Both the position numbers and the translations under genes were made by a program. DNA of 64,000 nt from assembly GCA_965230895.1 (NCBI GenBank), contig OZ246394.1, positions 377,316-441,315 on the forward strand, given 5' to 3'. Source of the stretch: an uncultured Gammaproteobacteria bacterium (GTDB lineage: Bacteria > Patescibacteriota > Microgenomatia > Levybacterales > UBA12049). A model generated the notes under the pieces. It worked only from the letters and a program-made list of their open reading frames with translations. It made no database searches and was not told the DNA's origin. This document shows, one piece after another, positions 48,369 through 58,800 of this stretch (position 1 is its first letter; every line of letters starts with the position of its first letter).

Positions 48369-49718
48369 ATGGTTGAAAGAAGAGAGCGCAGAAGAGCGCC
48401 TGAAGTGAAAGAGAAGCCGTCACGGCATGTGCCGCAAGTTGCTATCATTGATTTTGATAGAACATTGGGTGATGTTGACGCGAGTATGAAGCGTTTTTAC
48501 AACGCTGCTGAATTTGTTGGAGTAAATGCCGCTCACGTCAAAAGTGCTCAAACAAAAACTGAAGCAGATGGTGGCACATTTGAACCGCTTAGTTTTGTGA
48601 AAGACCAACTCGATGAAGAAGGATACGCTGCATTTAAAAATCATTTTATCACTGCAGACGGCCCTTCAATCATGTATCCAGAATCACAACCCTTCCTCGA
48701 CATGCTTACTGAAAAAAATATGCCTTTCGTTGTACGGACATGGGGAGTTAGTGCCGAGTGGCAACATTTAAAGATCGCTGCTGCTGGATATACAGGTGCA
48801 TACGAAGTAATGGATAAAAAAGATAAGGGAGCAGAAATCGAATCATGGAGACAAGAAACCGCTGATGGCAATTCCATTATTGTTGTCCCAGACCATCCAA
48901 GTAGTCCCGAATTAATCACTGCAGATAGTGCTGTACTTATTGATGATAAAGCGTCTTCATTCAAATCTTTGAACAGAAAAGATACCGGTTTTTGGATCGT
49001 TCCAAAAGATGGCGAACTTCTCAAAAGCCAACAAGGCGATGTCCCAGCAAACGTTCAAAAAACTTCGTTGGATGAATTGACCGTTGTTGAAGGACACATT
49101 GTCAAAAAAGCATTACCAAATGAAGGTGAAGTATTTAATGCGCAAGAAATGAAAGATGGTCTTCCAGAAGGAATCTTTTTCTCAACAGAATTGACTGAAA
49201 AACACATTGAGCAACTTGTAGCTTTCTCTACAGACACAGAAGATGTAGGCGTACAAAATAACACTTCAGACAAAAAACGCTTTAAAGATCGTGAAGCAGT
49301 AAATAAATGGATTGAAAAAGGAAGATCTGTTGTTGTGTTAACAGATGATGAAGGCGACTTGCTTGGTATTAGTTGGTTGGGTGCAGAAGACATTAATCTT
49401 GATAATCGTGAGCTTTTGCCATCATTTGACCCTGCTGAAGCAGCTCGATATGGTGTGACATTTGCTATCCGAACATATGAAAAGGCACGAGGAAAAGGAT
49501 TGTCACGTAAATTAGCACAACAAGCTGAAAGACAATTTGAAACAACAGCTGAATATCAAAAGCTAGTCAAAGAAGGAAAGCAATTCCCATGGTTAGAGGT
49601 TTCAGCAGATAATATCCCTGCGGTGAAATCATACTCAAAGAATGGTTATGTTCAAATAACTGCACGCAACGAAGAAGGCAAGATCCTGATGGTTCAAAAA
49701 GAAGAGCCACAGAAATAA
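48369..49718 (+). CDS. HAD-like phosphatase fused to GNAT acetyltransferase
   Basis: IIDFDRTL and LIDDK; then ARGKGLS and WLEVSADNIPAVKSYSKNGY. Confidence 0.8.
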   Translation: MVERRERRRAPEVKEKPSRHVPQVAIIDFDRTLGDVDASMKRFYNAAEFVGVNAAHVKSAQTKTEADGGTFEPLSFVKDQLDEEGYAAFKNHFITADGPSIMYPESQPFLDMLTEKNMPFVVRTWGVSAEWQHLKIAAAGYTGAYEVMDKKDKGAEIESWRQETADGNSIIVVPDHPSSPELITADSAVLIDDKASSFKSLNRKDTGFWIVPKDGELLKSQQGDVPANVQKTSLDELTVVEGHIVKKALPNEGEVFNAQEMKDGLPEGIFFSTELTEKHIEQLVAFSTDTEDVGVQNNTSDKKRFKDREAVNKWIEKGRSVVVLTDDEGDLLGISWLGAEDINLDNRELLPSFDPAEAARYGVTFAIRTYEKARGKGLSRKLAQQAERQFETTAEYQKLVKEGKQFPWLEVSADNIPAVKSYSKNGYVQITARNEEGKILMVQKEEPQK

Positions 49719-49762
49719 TCTAATTTATAGACACTCCTCCCCTTTCCTCGTATAATCTCTCT

Positions 49763-50443
49763 ATGACAAACAAACACATCCCTCAGGCTGTAGTTATTGA
49801 TTTCGATAGAACATTGAGTGATGTCCAAAAATCAGTTGAACATCTTTATGCTGTGACAAAAGAATTTGGAATTGATGCTGAAAAAATAGAATCCGCTCGA
49901 AGAGCACTCGAAGATGATGGCGGAACATTTGAGCCAATCACGTATCTTCAAAGCGTTCTAACAAAAGATCAAATGAAAGAGTTTTACGCCAAGTTTTTGG
50001 CAACAAGAATGGACTCATTTTTTGATGACGCACACCCTTTTCTTTCGTTATTAGAAGCAAACAACATCCCTTATTATGTCCTTACATATGGAGTCAGCTC
50101 CATATGGCAGGAATTAAAAGTCAAAGGAAGTGGATATGATGGGCCCATGAAAATTATGGACCACAGTGATAAAGGTGCAGAAATAGCGAAATGGAGAAAT
50201 TCTGAAAAGAAATATGCGCTTCCGCTATTTCAAAATATTCAGTGGACTGCAGATACCATTTGTCTGATTGATGACAAAGCATCAGCATTTAAAAGTTTAC
50301 CTGAAGATTGCACCGGATATCTTATCCAACGAAGCAAAACCCAACTCCCAAGCCAACAAGGAAAAGTAGGAAATCACATCCAAACCATCAAATCGCTAAG
50401 TGAGTTAACAATTCAAAATAAAATCCTCACGTTAAAAAGATAA
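49763..50443 (+). CDS. HAD-like protein, paralog of the N-terminal domain of 48369-49718
   Basis: PQAVVIDFDRTL, DGGTFEP, WQELK, DKGAEI, LIDDKASAFKSL, SQQG shared with the upstream gene. Confidence 0.8.
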   Translation: MTNKHIPQAVVIDFDRTLSDVQKSVEHLYAVTKEFGIDAEKIESARRALEDDGGTFEPITYLQSVLTKDQMKEFYAKFLATRMDSFFDDAHPFLSLLEANNIPYYVLTYGVSSIWQELKVKGSGYDGPMKIMDHSDKGAEIAKWRNSEKKYALPLFQNIQWTADTICLIDDKASAFKSLPEDCTGYLIQRSKTQLPSQQGKVGNHIQTIKSLSELTIQNKILTLKR

Positions 50444-50453
50444 TCTAATTCAT

Positions 50454-50603
50454 TCGGCAACCCAGCGCACAGCGTTAAGAAAATCATTGGAATGAAGCGT
50501 TAAAAAGGACGGCAAGCGAATGCGTGTCCTTTAGCGGAATGGAAGTGATTTTTAGCGAGCACTGCCTTGCCGAGAGTTTGCGCTACTTTGCGGTCAAAGT
50601 AGC
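50454..50603. repeat. Long nested palindromic element between convergent genes (MITE/REP-like or structured RNA)
   Basis: TCGGCAA/TTGCCGA closes a ~120-nt multi-stem hairpin; second hairpin GCTACTTTG-cggt-CAAAGTAGC. Confidence 0.55.
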
Positions 50604-50614
50604 ATAAGAAAAAC

Positions 50615-53254
50615 TTACTTTTTCGTCTGTAAGTTTTTAGATGTCCAGAGGTTTGGTAAATCGTTATTGTAGAGTGCAGTTCCGAACCAAGCCCAATTCT
50701 GTGTATAATAATTCTTAGAATCTTCCCAATAACTTCCATCCTTATCTTCGTACAACTTGTTCAATACTTGCTTGTCATATACTTCTTTTGCAGCAGCTTT
50801 ATCAGTAACAACAAAGTTTGCCAAATTTGACGCATATGCACTTGCTGATTCATAGTCTTCCCATGGTTTTCCATCATGTGTATACGCTACACTGATTCGT
50901 TGATTGTTTTTCCATTCCTTGCGGATGAAATCATTCTTTGAGAGATATGCCTGCGCACGAGGTTCTTTGAACCATTGATAATCAAGAGCAATTCTCCAAG
51001 GAGTTCTAAATGCATCAAAGCCATATTCTGTTGAGTCCAAACCTTTTTCTGGAGATTTAATAATTCTTCCATTCGCATCAACTGCACACCAATTTGGAGC
51101 GAGCCCTGCAGATGATTCTTTATCCAGATCGCTATCAGTACATGCATTCAGCACTTCATACGATGTGTCTACGAGATCCATCCAATCATGTTTTGTATCA
51201 ATTTCTGCAAAGATTCGGTAACTACTTGGTGCAAGATATGATGGATTGATGATCGCTGCATTCTTTGCCTTAGCCCAGTTACCTGCGACGAGATATGGCT
51301 TACCTCTGACAACTTTCACTTCGTTGTCCCAAATTGCTTGCATAATCGTTCGACCATCGATAATATAGCCGGGATTGTTCCATCGCTTTCCAGCAAAAGC
51401 GAGTGCCAGAGCGATATCTTCATCTGCATCAGTTGCTGAACTTCGGTCAACCACACCCATGGTTCCATCGGCTTTCTTTCCCCACTTCCATGCAATAAGA
51501 TTGTTCTCTTGTTGCATGTTACGTTTGGTGAATCCCCATGCTTTATCAAAGGTTTGCTTATCGTTCATCCAGACTGCTCGAAGCATTGTGTATGATTGCG
51601 CTTCGGATGTTGTTAAGTTATTCGCTGGATCAACAGCATTTCCATCTTTCTTGATAAATGTACTTTTATATGTTTCCCATGTCGAGACAAGAATTCTTCG
51701 AGAGTTCTTTACAGCCCAGATCTGAACATACCAACCATCTCCTGCGAAACTCGTAATCGGATTGGACTGAGCCAAAGCACTTCCGGTCATTGGGATTTCA
51801 CCTGTACCCAAGTCACCACCGATAAGCGGTGTAAACAAGACATAATCAATATTATTGTAGTCATTCTTCAAAATCTTTTCTTTAATGTCTTTATCACCAT
51901 CAACTTTCCAATAATATTCTGCATTTGCGAAATTGTTGTTATTTCGATAGTTCAAATCGAGGTATGCATAATTATCAATTGCATAAAAAGCATTTGGATT
52001 TTGTCGACTCAAGATCCAATTGACCGCTTCGATCTGCGCATTTGTTTCATTTGAGGTATAGATATTAAATTTCCCTGAGCGGACATTGTTTGAATAATTG
52101 AAGACTAAGACACCCATATAAATGATAAATGCCATAATTGGGAAAATTGCATAAATCTGTAATGGCCAGAACCTCATCCGGGCAAAGAAGTGATAGATTC
52201 TATAAAGAACGTATGACGTGGTGAGTGCTACTAACGGAACCAAGGGAATGATATAGAATTCAAGCACCAATCCTCCACGAAGTAAGAAAGCCCAGTAAGA
52301 AACAGCAAGTCCAGCAATAATTCGTGCCGCAACACTTCGAATAGCCAAGAGGAGCGTGATAAGAGTACTGATTGCCCCAACAATCATGAATGATGGATCA
52401 TCATTTTTCCAGTTCCCTGTCATCTCCCAGAAACTCGAATCAGGATTAAGAATACTGACATTTCCCCGTCCCCCTTGGAATTGCAATGTTCCCAAAAGAC
52501 TTACGTGCTCATGTTGGCCACCCAGAAGCGTTCCTGCCGGAAAGAATTCACCTTTAAACATACTGAAGATGAAATAAAGCGAGATAACGACACCTGCGAC
52601 AGCAATCCATTTGATTGTACCGAATATTCTATTTATTTTATGCAATTGTGAATAAACCAGTGCGGCCATGAACGGCAGGAAGAAAATCGCACTTTCTTTA
52701 CTAAGGACAGAAATACCAAATGTCACCGCACTGGCGATAATCCAGCGAAGTCGTTGCTTACTAAAGAGTACAAAAGCAACTGACAAGAGCAGCCAAAATA
52801 CCATGATATTGTCCAGAAGTACACGTCGCTGGAAATAAATTGCCAAAGGTGAAAGTGAAAACATCAGCACAGCAAACGAACCAACCATCTTAGAATTTGT
52901 GATCTTCTTTCCTATGAAATACAGCAGCAATGCTGATCCAATGTGTAGCAAGAGCATGAGTACGCGGCCTGAGTTAATGGCAAACCCAAAAGTAAATAAG
53001 CCACCTGTAAGCTTTATCCATAGTGCAATAAGCATCCAGCCAACTGGAGCATGATCGTACCAATAGGTATACGGAGCTAATTTGCCATCATTGATGATCG
53101 CCCAGGCTTGTGCCATATATGTTCCCTCATCAGATTCATAATATGGATAACCAAGCATGTTATAACCATGAGCAATTGCCGCAATCGCCAGCAAACCAAA
53201 TACAAGAACGTATTCCATCTTATTACTGTTAAAAAATTCTTTAATCTTTTTCAT
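50615..53254 (-). CDS. GT-C (PMT/ArnT-like) membrane glycosyltransferase fused to GH8 hydrolase
   Basis: SDEGTY, YDHAP, LLDN, SKE with many TMs; then TTSEAQSY, ATDADEDIA, NPSY, FDAFR (GH8). Confidence 0.85.
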   Translation of the reverse strand: MKKIKEFFNSNKMEYVLVFGLLAIAAIAHGYNMLGYPYYESDEGTYMAQAWAIINDGKLAPYTYWYDHAPVGWMLIALWIKLTGGLFTFGFAINSGRVLMLLLHIGSALLLYFIGKKITNSKMVGSFAVLMFSLSPLAIYFQRRVLLDNIMVFWLLLSVAFVLFSKQRLRWIIASAVTFGISVLSKESAIFFLPFMAALVYSQLHKINRIFGTIKWIAVAGVVISLYFIFSMFKGEFFPAGTLLGGQHEHVSLLGTLQFQGGRGNVSILNPDSSFWEMTGNWKNDDPSFMIVGAISTLITLLLAIRSVAARIIAGLAVSYWAFLLRGGLVLEFYIIPLVPLVALTTSYVLYRIYHFFARMRFWPLQIYAIFPIMAFIIYMGVLVFNYSNNVRSGKFNIYTSNETNAQIEAVNWILSRQNPNAFYAIDNYAYLDLNYRNNNNFANAEYYWKVDGDKDIKEKILKNDYNNIDYVLFTPLIGGDLGTGEIPMTGSALAQSNPITSFAGDGWYVQIWAVKNSRRILVSTWETYKSTFIKKDGNAVDPANNLTTSEAQSYTMLRAVWMNDKQTFDKAWGFTKRNMQQENNLIAWKWGKKADGTMGVVDRSSATDADEDIALALAFAGKRWNNPGYIIDGRTIMQAIWDNEVKVVRGKPYLVAGNWAKAKNAAIINPSYLAPSSYRIFAEIDTKHDWMDLVDTSYEVLNACTDSDLDKESSAGLAPNWCAVDANGRIIKSPEKGLDSTEYGFDAFRTPWRIALDYQWFKEPRAQAYLSKNDFIRKEWKNNQRISVAYTHDGKPWEDYESASAYASNLANFVVTDKAAAKEVYDKQVLNKLYEDKDGSYWEDSKNYYTQNWAWFGTALYNNDLPNLWTSKNLQTKK

Positions 53255-53258
53255 ATTT

Positions 53259-55484
53259 TTATCTGTTCACCGTGAAATATCTTGCATTCACCTTTGCTGG
53301 TGAAGGCATCGGTTTTTCTGGTCGGTGCGCATTCAAATGCAATGTTTTTTCCCAACTGTCTTGACCCACAGCCAATCGATAAATCGCACGCATCGCGCTA
53401 AAGCCCAAAATAATCTGGAACGGATAGAATACATAGAGAACTTTTAAAGGAATCCAAAATGGATATTTCAGGTTATAACCCTTTGTAAATTCAAATAATC
53501 CGATATTGTATGCAACCAATTGCAGAATCAACAGAAGCAATGGCACAATCGTAATCATGGCAAAAAGTACTGGAAGATCCAGAACAAATGCCATAAATAT
53601 TGATACAGGCAACATCATGAAGAAGAATGCCTGCAACTGTGGAACGAGCAAAATATATGCAGCCAGGAATCGCTGTGATGCCTTTGGAAGATCAAGCCAT
53701 TCACCTTTCATAAAGATTTGGATAAACCCTTGATTCCATCGAGTTCGTTGCTTAATGAAACTTTCAAGACTATGTGGAGTTTCTTCCTGAGTGGTATGTC
53801 GTTCATCATACACAACACCAATTCTTGCTCCACGAATACTCATACGGATACCAATATCTGCATCTTCTGTAAGACAATTTTCATCCCATCCACCAATCTT
53901 ATTAAGCAGATTTCTCTTAAAGAAAACTGTATTTCCACCCAATGGGATAATTCCTTGTTTTGCGAAATAATGCAACGATGACTTAAACCAGAAGAAGTAT
54001 TCCAACACATTAAGCGCTGAGAACCATTTTGATCGGAAGTTCATCAATTGGACTCCTGACTGTAATACATCAAATCCTCGCAACACCATCTCTGTATTAA
54101 CCAGATTATAAATTCCTCGACTTGGTTGGTCTTCTGCGTCAAAGACTGTGACAATATCTTTTGTTGCATGTCTCAAACCGATATTCAAACTGTGTGGCTT
54201 GTTGATTGGCATATCACTAAAGATAAGTAATTTAACATTTGGTTTATTTAAACGGGCAATTGTTTGCTCTGCTTTTGCACGAGTCCTGTGATCATCAGAT
54301 CGAACAATAACGAGTAATTCTTTCAAATGCTCAGGATAATCAATCGCTGCAATTGCACGAATAGTATCACCAATAACACGCTCTTCATGTCGGACAGGAA
54401 GAAGCGCTGTGAAAGAATATTTGGGCTTAAGGTATTTCTCTGGCGGCTTTTCTTTTTGGATTCTATCGACATCTTCCCAACCATAAATCATGAGGTAAAG
54501 ACTAAAAATACTTTGCCAAATCATCAGGACAGACAGCGTGACAATCGCCATTGAAACCATAGTCTGTGTACTAATCATTCCTGCATCACGTGCTCCGAAT
54601 AATACAAGTGCGGCTAAATTCCCGAATGCAAATGCGGTAATTGCGATAAATCCAGCCACGAGAATCATACCGACATGCGCCAAAAACGGAAAACGAATAA
54701 GGAAAGAATTCGTCACAAATTCGATAATATCTTGTTTTCTGAGCTTAGAATTCCCGAAAACCCTATCGGTAAATTGTATAGGAACTTCCTTGATGCGCGC
54801 ATTACTTTTAATGGCTTTATGGAGCAAATCAATCTGGAATGCATAGCCTTTCGACATGAGCTTGTTAAGATTGATCCTCTTAAGAAGTGAGGTACGAATT
54901 GCTCTATAACCACTTGTACAATCTTTTACCTTGCCTAGGCCTGCTACATGACGCGCAAAGATGTTTCCCCATTGGCTATTAAGCTTACGAAGTAACGGCC
55001 AATTACCCGGGATTGAGCCTCCATCAACATACCGTGAACCTATGACGAAGTCACTTCCCTTTTGTATCTCATAAACAAAGAATGAAATCATGGCTGGATC
55101 ATGAGACAGATCAGCATCCATCTCGAACACTATGTCTGCATGAAGGTAGCGCATAGCATACCTAAAACCTCGTATATAAGCATTCCCGAGGCCTTGCTTT
55201 CTTCCTCTGAGTAGATAAATATTTGTATACTTTCTAGCCAGCTTTGTTACTATATTTGCTGTACCATCAGGTGACCCATCATCTACGACAAGGATTGAAA
55301 GTTTGGCATTGTGGAGATATCTGATTTGAGCTTGGATTTCGGTGATAAGCTGTTCAATATTATCCTTTTCGTTATATGTAGGTACGACAATAACCACGTG
55401 ATCTTTCTGCAGATCCGGGTTAATTGGCTGGGTTCTATAAAACCGCTGATATAAATTAGACTGTTTATTCCGTGCTCGAATCAT
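53259..55484 (-). CDS. Double GT2: polyprenol-phosphate glycosyltransferase (DPM1-like) plus processive synthase domain
   Basis: PTYNE, DDGSPDGT, GLG, MDADLSH, GSRY, DCTSGYR; then NKPHSLN, FDAED, GGN, TEDAD, QRTRW. Confidence 0.88.
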   Translation of the reverse strand: MIRARNKQSNLYQRFYRTQPINPDLQKDHVVIVVPTYNEKDNIEQLITEIQAQIRYLHNAKLSILVVDDGSPDGTANIVTKLARKYTNIYLLRGRKQGLGNAYIRGFRYAMRYLHADIVFEMDADLSHDPAMISFFVYEIQKGSDFVIGSRYVDGGSIPGNWPLLRKLNSQWGNIFARHVAGLGKVKDCTSGYRAIRTSLLKRINLNKLMSKGYAFQIDLLHKAIKSNARIKEVPIQFTDRVFGNSKLRKQDIIEFVTNSFLIRFPFLAHVGMILVAGFIAITAFAFGNLAALVLFGARDAGMISTQTMVSMAIVTLSVLMIWQSIFSLYLMIYGWEDVDRIQKEKPPEKYLKPKYSFTALLPVRHEERVIGDTIRAIAAIDYPEHLKELLVIVRSDDHRTRAKAEQTIARLNKPNVKLLIFSDMPINKPHSLNIGLRHATKDIVTVFDAEDQPSRGIYNLVNTEMVLRGFDVLQSGVQLMNFRSKWFSALNVLEYFFWFKSSLHYFAKQGIIPLGGNTVFFKRNLLNKIGGWDENCLTEDADIGIRMSIRGARIGVVYDERHTTQEETPHSLESFIKQRTRWNQGFIQIFMKGEWLDLPKASQRFLAAYILLVPQLQAFFFMMLPVSIFMAFVLDLPVLFAMITIVPLLLLILQLVAYNIGLFEFTKGYNLKYPFWIPLKVLYVFYPFQIILGFSAMRAIYRLAVGQDSWEKTLHLNAHRPEKPMPSPAKVNARYFTVNR

Positions 55485-55878
55485 CGTACATTACGGGCAG
55501 TAAGTATGGGGCAGAATTGATGAGCTTAATTGTATAGTTTAATACTATAAGTCAACAAAGGTTGAGTATATTATAGATGTACGCATATGTCAAGCTAAGC
55601 TATCCTCAATGACAATCACTCTCTGTGAGAAAATGTAATTTATCTAATTGACACTCAAACGAATAATTGATATACATGAAGTCTGCCACGGTAATAAAAA
55701 CAACGCAAAAGGATTTACTGCCCCTTTTTACTATAAGTTTTAAAATAGGTTAAATCTACAGTACTATTTACTTTAGCTATATCTACTAAGTAGGTACTTG
55801 ACATTTACTTAAATATCCTATAATATACTGATTAATTCAATATTATGGGATATATCCTGTACTAAAGAAGAACGAATT

Positions 55879-58800
55879 ATGCAAACGAATCAACAACTTA
55901 TAAGTGTCGTAGTACCAGTTTATAATGAAATTGGTATCATTATGCAATTCAATGAGCAATTGCTTTTGACGCTTAACAACTCCAATCAGCCTTACGAAGT
56001 TATCTACGTTGATGACAATTCTACAGATGGAACATTTGAATGGCTCCAAAGTATCGCAAACGATACTATTAAAGTAATCCGAAAAATAGGCACAAAAGGA
56101 AAAGCGTATTCTCTTATGCAAGGGTTTGAAGTTGCTCAAGGAGAAATTCTTGCAATGATTGATGGAGACTTGCAATACCCTCCAGCAAAGATTCCTGAGA
56201 TGACTCAAGCGTTACAAAATGCTGACATTGTAGTAGCAAATAGAAAAGACTATAAGGACTCAAAAATGAGAAAACTTTTAAGCCGAGGTTTTAGAAATGT
56301 TTTTGGAAAAATGCTCTTTGGTCTAAACACGGATATCCAATCAGGTCTTAAAGTCTTTAAAAAAGAAGTCTATGAGACAGTGAAGTTCCAACCAGTATCA
56401 CCTTGGACATTTGACTTAGAATTTCTGCATCGAGCAAAGCAAGCTGGTTATACATTAAAAAATACAGAGATTGTATTTGCGCCGCGACGAAATGGCCAAT
56501 CAAAGATGAATGTGGTCAAGCAGTCATATGAAATTGGAGCAAATGCGTTGAATATCAAAATGAAGCCAGTCACATACTTCCCAGTCGAACCGGAAAAAGG
56601 GACAATGCGTGGTGCTGGAGTGAAAGCAAAGAATAAAAAGTATGTGACACACACAACCCTTCCGTCTGCGCTTTCAGCGATTGAAACATTTACGTTCCCA
56701 CAAAAGGTATTCTTTATCGGAACGCCAATTCTTTTACTCTTAGCGTATATCTTAATTCCTTTACAAGCAGCGCGTGTAACTGTTGGTGTATTGAGTATTC
56801 TCTACTTCATTGATGCGATCTTCAATATCTATGTCGTTGGAAAAAGTTTGAGCAAGAAAAACGAAATTGATGTTTCAGAAGCAGAACTTGCAGAAATCAA
56901 TGAATCTGAATTACCAGTCTATACAATTCTTTGTCCTTTATATAGAGAAGCACACGTTGTACCACAGTTTTTGGAAGGTATTTCAAAGATTGATTGGCCA
57001 AAAGAAAAGCTTGATGTGATGTTTCTTCTTGAAGAAGACGATACAGAAACGATTGCGGAATTCGAAAAGATGAATTTACCATTCTATGCTCGAACTGTTA
57101 TCGTCCCTGATTCACAACCAAAGACAAAACCAAAAGCATGTAACTATGGTCTTTCATATGCAAAGGGTGAATACTTGGTTATTTTCGATGCGGAAGATGT
57201 ACCAGATCCATTACAGTTGAAGGTTGCATACCTTGGGTTTAAGAAAGCACCAAGCAATGTAAAATGTTTGCAAGCTAAGTTGAGTTATTACAACTCACGA
57301 TACAACTTGCTTACTCGATTCTTTACAGCTGAATATGCATTGTGGTTCGATGTTACATTGCCTGGTTTGCAATCTCTTAATTCTGCACTTCCACTCGGAG
57401 GTACAAGTAACCATTTCTTGACTGAAAACTTGCGAGAGCTTCAAGGTTGGGATCCATTTAACGTTACTGAAGATGCTGACTTGGGTGTCCGACTTTTTCA
57501 ACGAGGGTATCGTACAGCTATCATTAACAGTACAACATATGAAGAAGCTACGAGTGTCCGAAAAGTATGGTTGAAGCAACGATCACGATGGATCAAAGGA
57601 TATATGCAAACATACTTGGTTCACATGCGAAACCTTCCAGGATTCGTTAAGCAAGTAGGTTTGTGGCACAACTTCATCTTCCAACTTACAGTTGGTGGAA
57701 AGATCTTGTTCGTCCTTTTGAATCCGTTCATGTGGGTTATCACTGCACTTTATTTCTTAGCTAACCCTGTCTTTGGCCCAATCATGGAAGCGATCTATCG
57801 CCCACCTGTTTCATATATCGCGGTATTCTCATGGATCTTTGGTAACTTCATGTTCTTATATTGTTACATGATCGCGGTTGGTAAACGAAAAGACTGGGAT
57901 CTTGCAAAATATGTCCTTTTGATTCCTTTGTACTGGGTCATGATGAGTACAGCTGCCATGATCGCGCTTTACCAATTGATCTTAAAACCCCACTATTGGG
58001 AAAAGACGTTGCATGGATTCCATCTTGGTCGAAAAGATAGTAAAGCAACTGAATCAGCACCGATGCAGGCGCCAAGACCAGCAATTCAGCCAGCATATGT
58101 ACCGGTTGCTGAACCTACAGTAAAGCCTAGTGCGAAATCTGCGGCATCTTTCACAATGCCAAATATTTCATTACCAAGTATTACTTTGCCTAAATTTACA
58201 GGTTTCTATGCGAAATTCTTGCAAGTATTACCTATCCTCGTTCTCTTGAACCTTGATTTAGCTTTGGCTCATGCATTCTTGTCACCAGAAGAAGCACAAA
58301 CATATCTCGTGCTTTCACTTATTGGTAAAGCAGCTTTTGTCATAAGTCAATTCGGTTCAACATTCATTGCAGGAGTTCTTTCTCGAGGTAAATCTGCGAC
58401 AAACCATTTCTTTAATTTGATCTTCTTTACCTTCCTCTTTAACTGGATTGGTTATGTTGTCTTTGGACTTGAAGGCCAATACTTCATCCCGGCAATGTTT
58501 GGTAATAGCCTTGATGGAATCATTGCTTACATGCCATTCTATATGTTTGCATTGCTTTGTTTCGCAGTTGCAAACCGATTCAGTGCCTTCCATGCACAGA
58601 AAAAGAACTATGCTTTCATAGGTATTTCACTCGCAACAATCTTGGCATTCGTTCCATTCATCTTAGTAAACAATGAAACAATCTCTGATTACGTCCGAAC
58701 ATTTGCTTATCTTGGATCAATCAATTTGTTCTTCGTAGTTATCATGCATTTGAGTAATCCATACGTTCGAGTTATGGAAAACAACCTTGCAAGTTTCATC

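Noticed and set aside
50500-50739. 79-aa ORF across the palindromic element
   Set aside because: It overlaps the GH8 gene end in another frame and runs through the hairpin; no protein features
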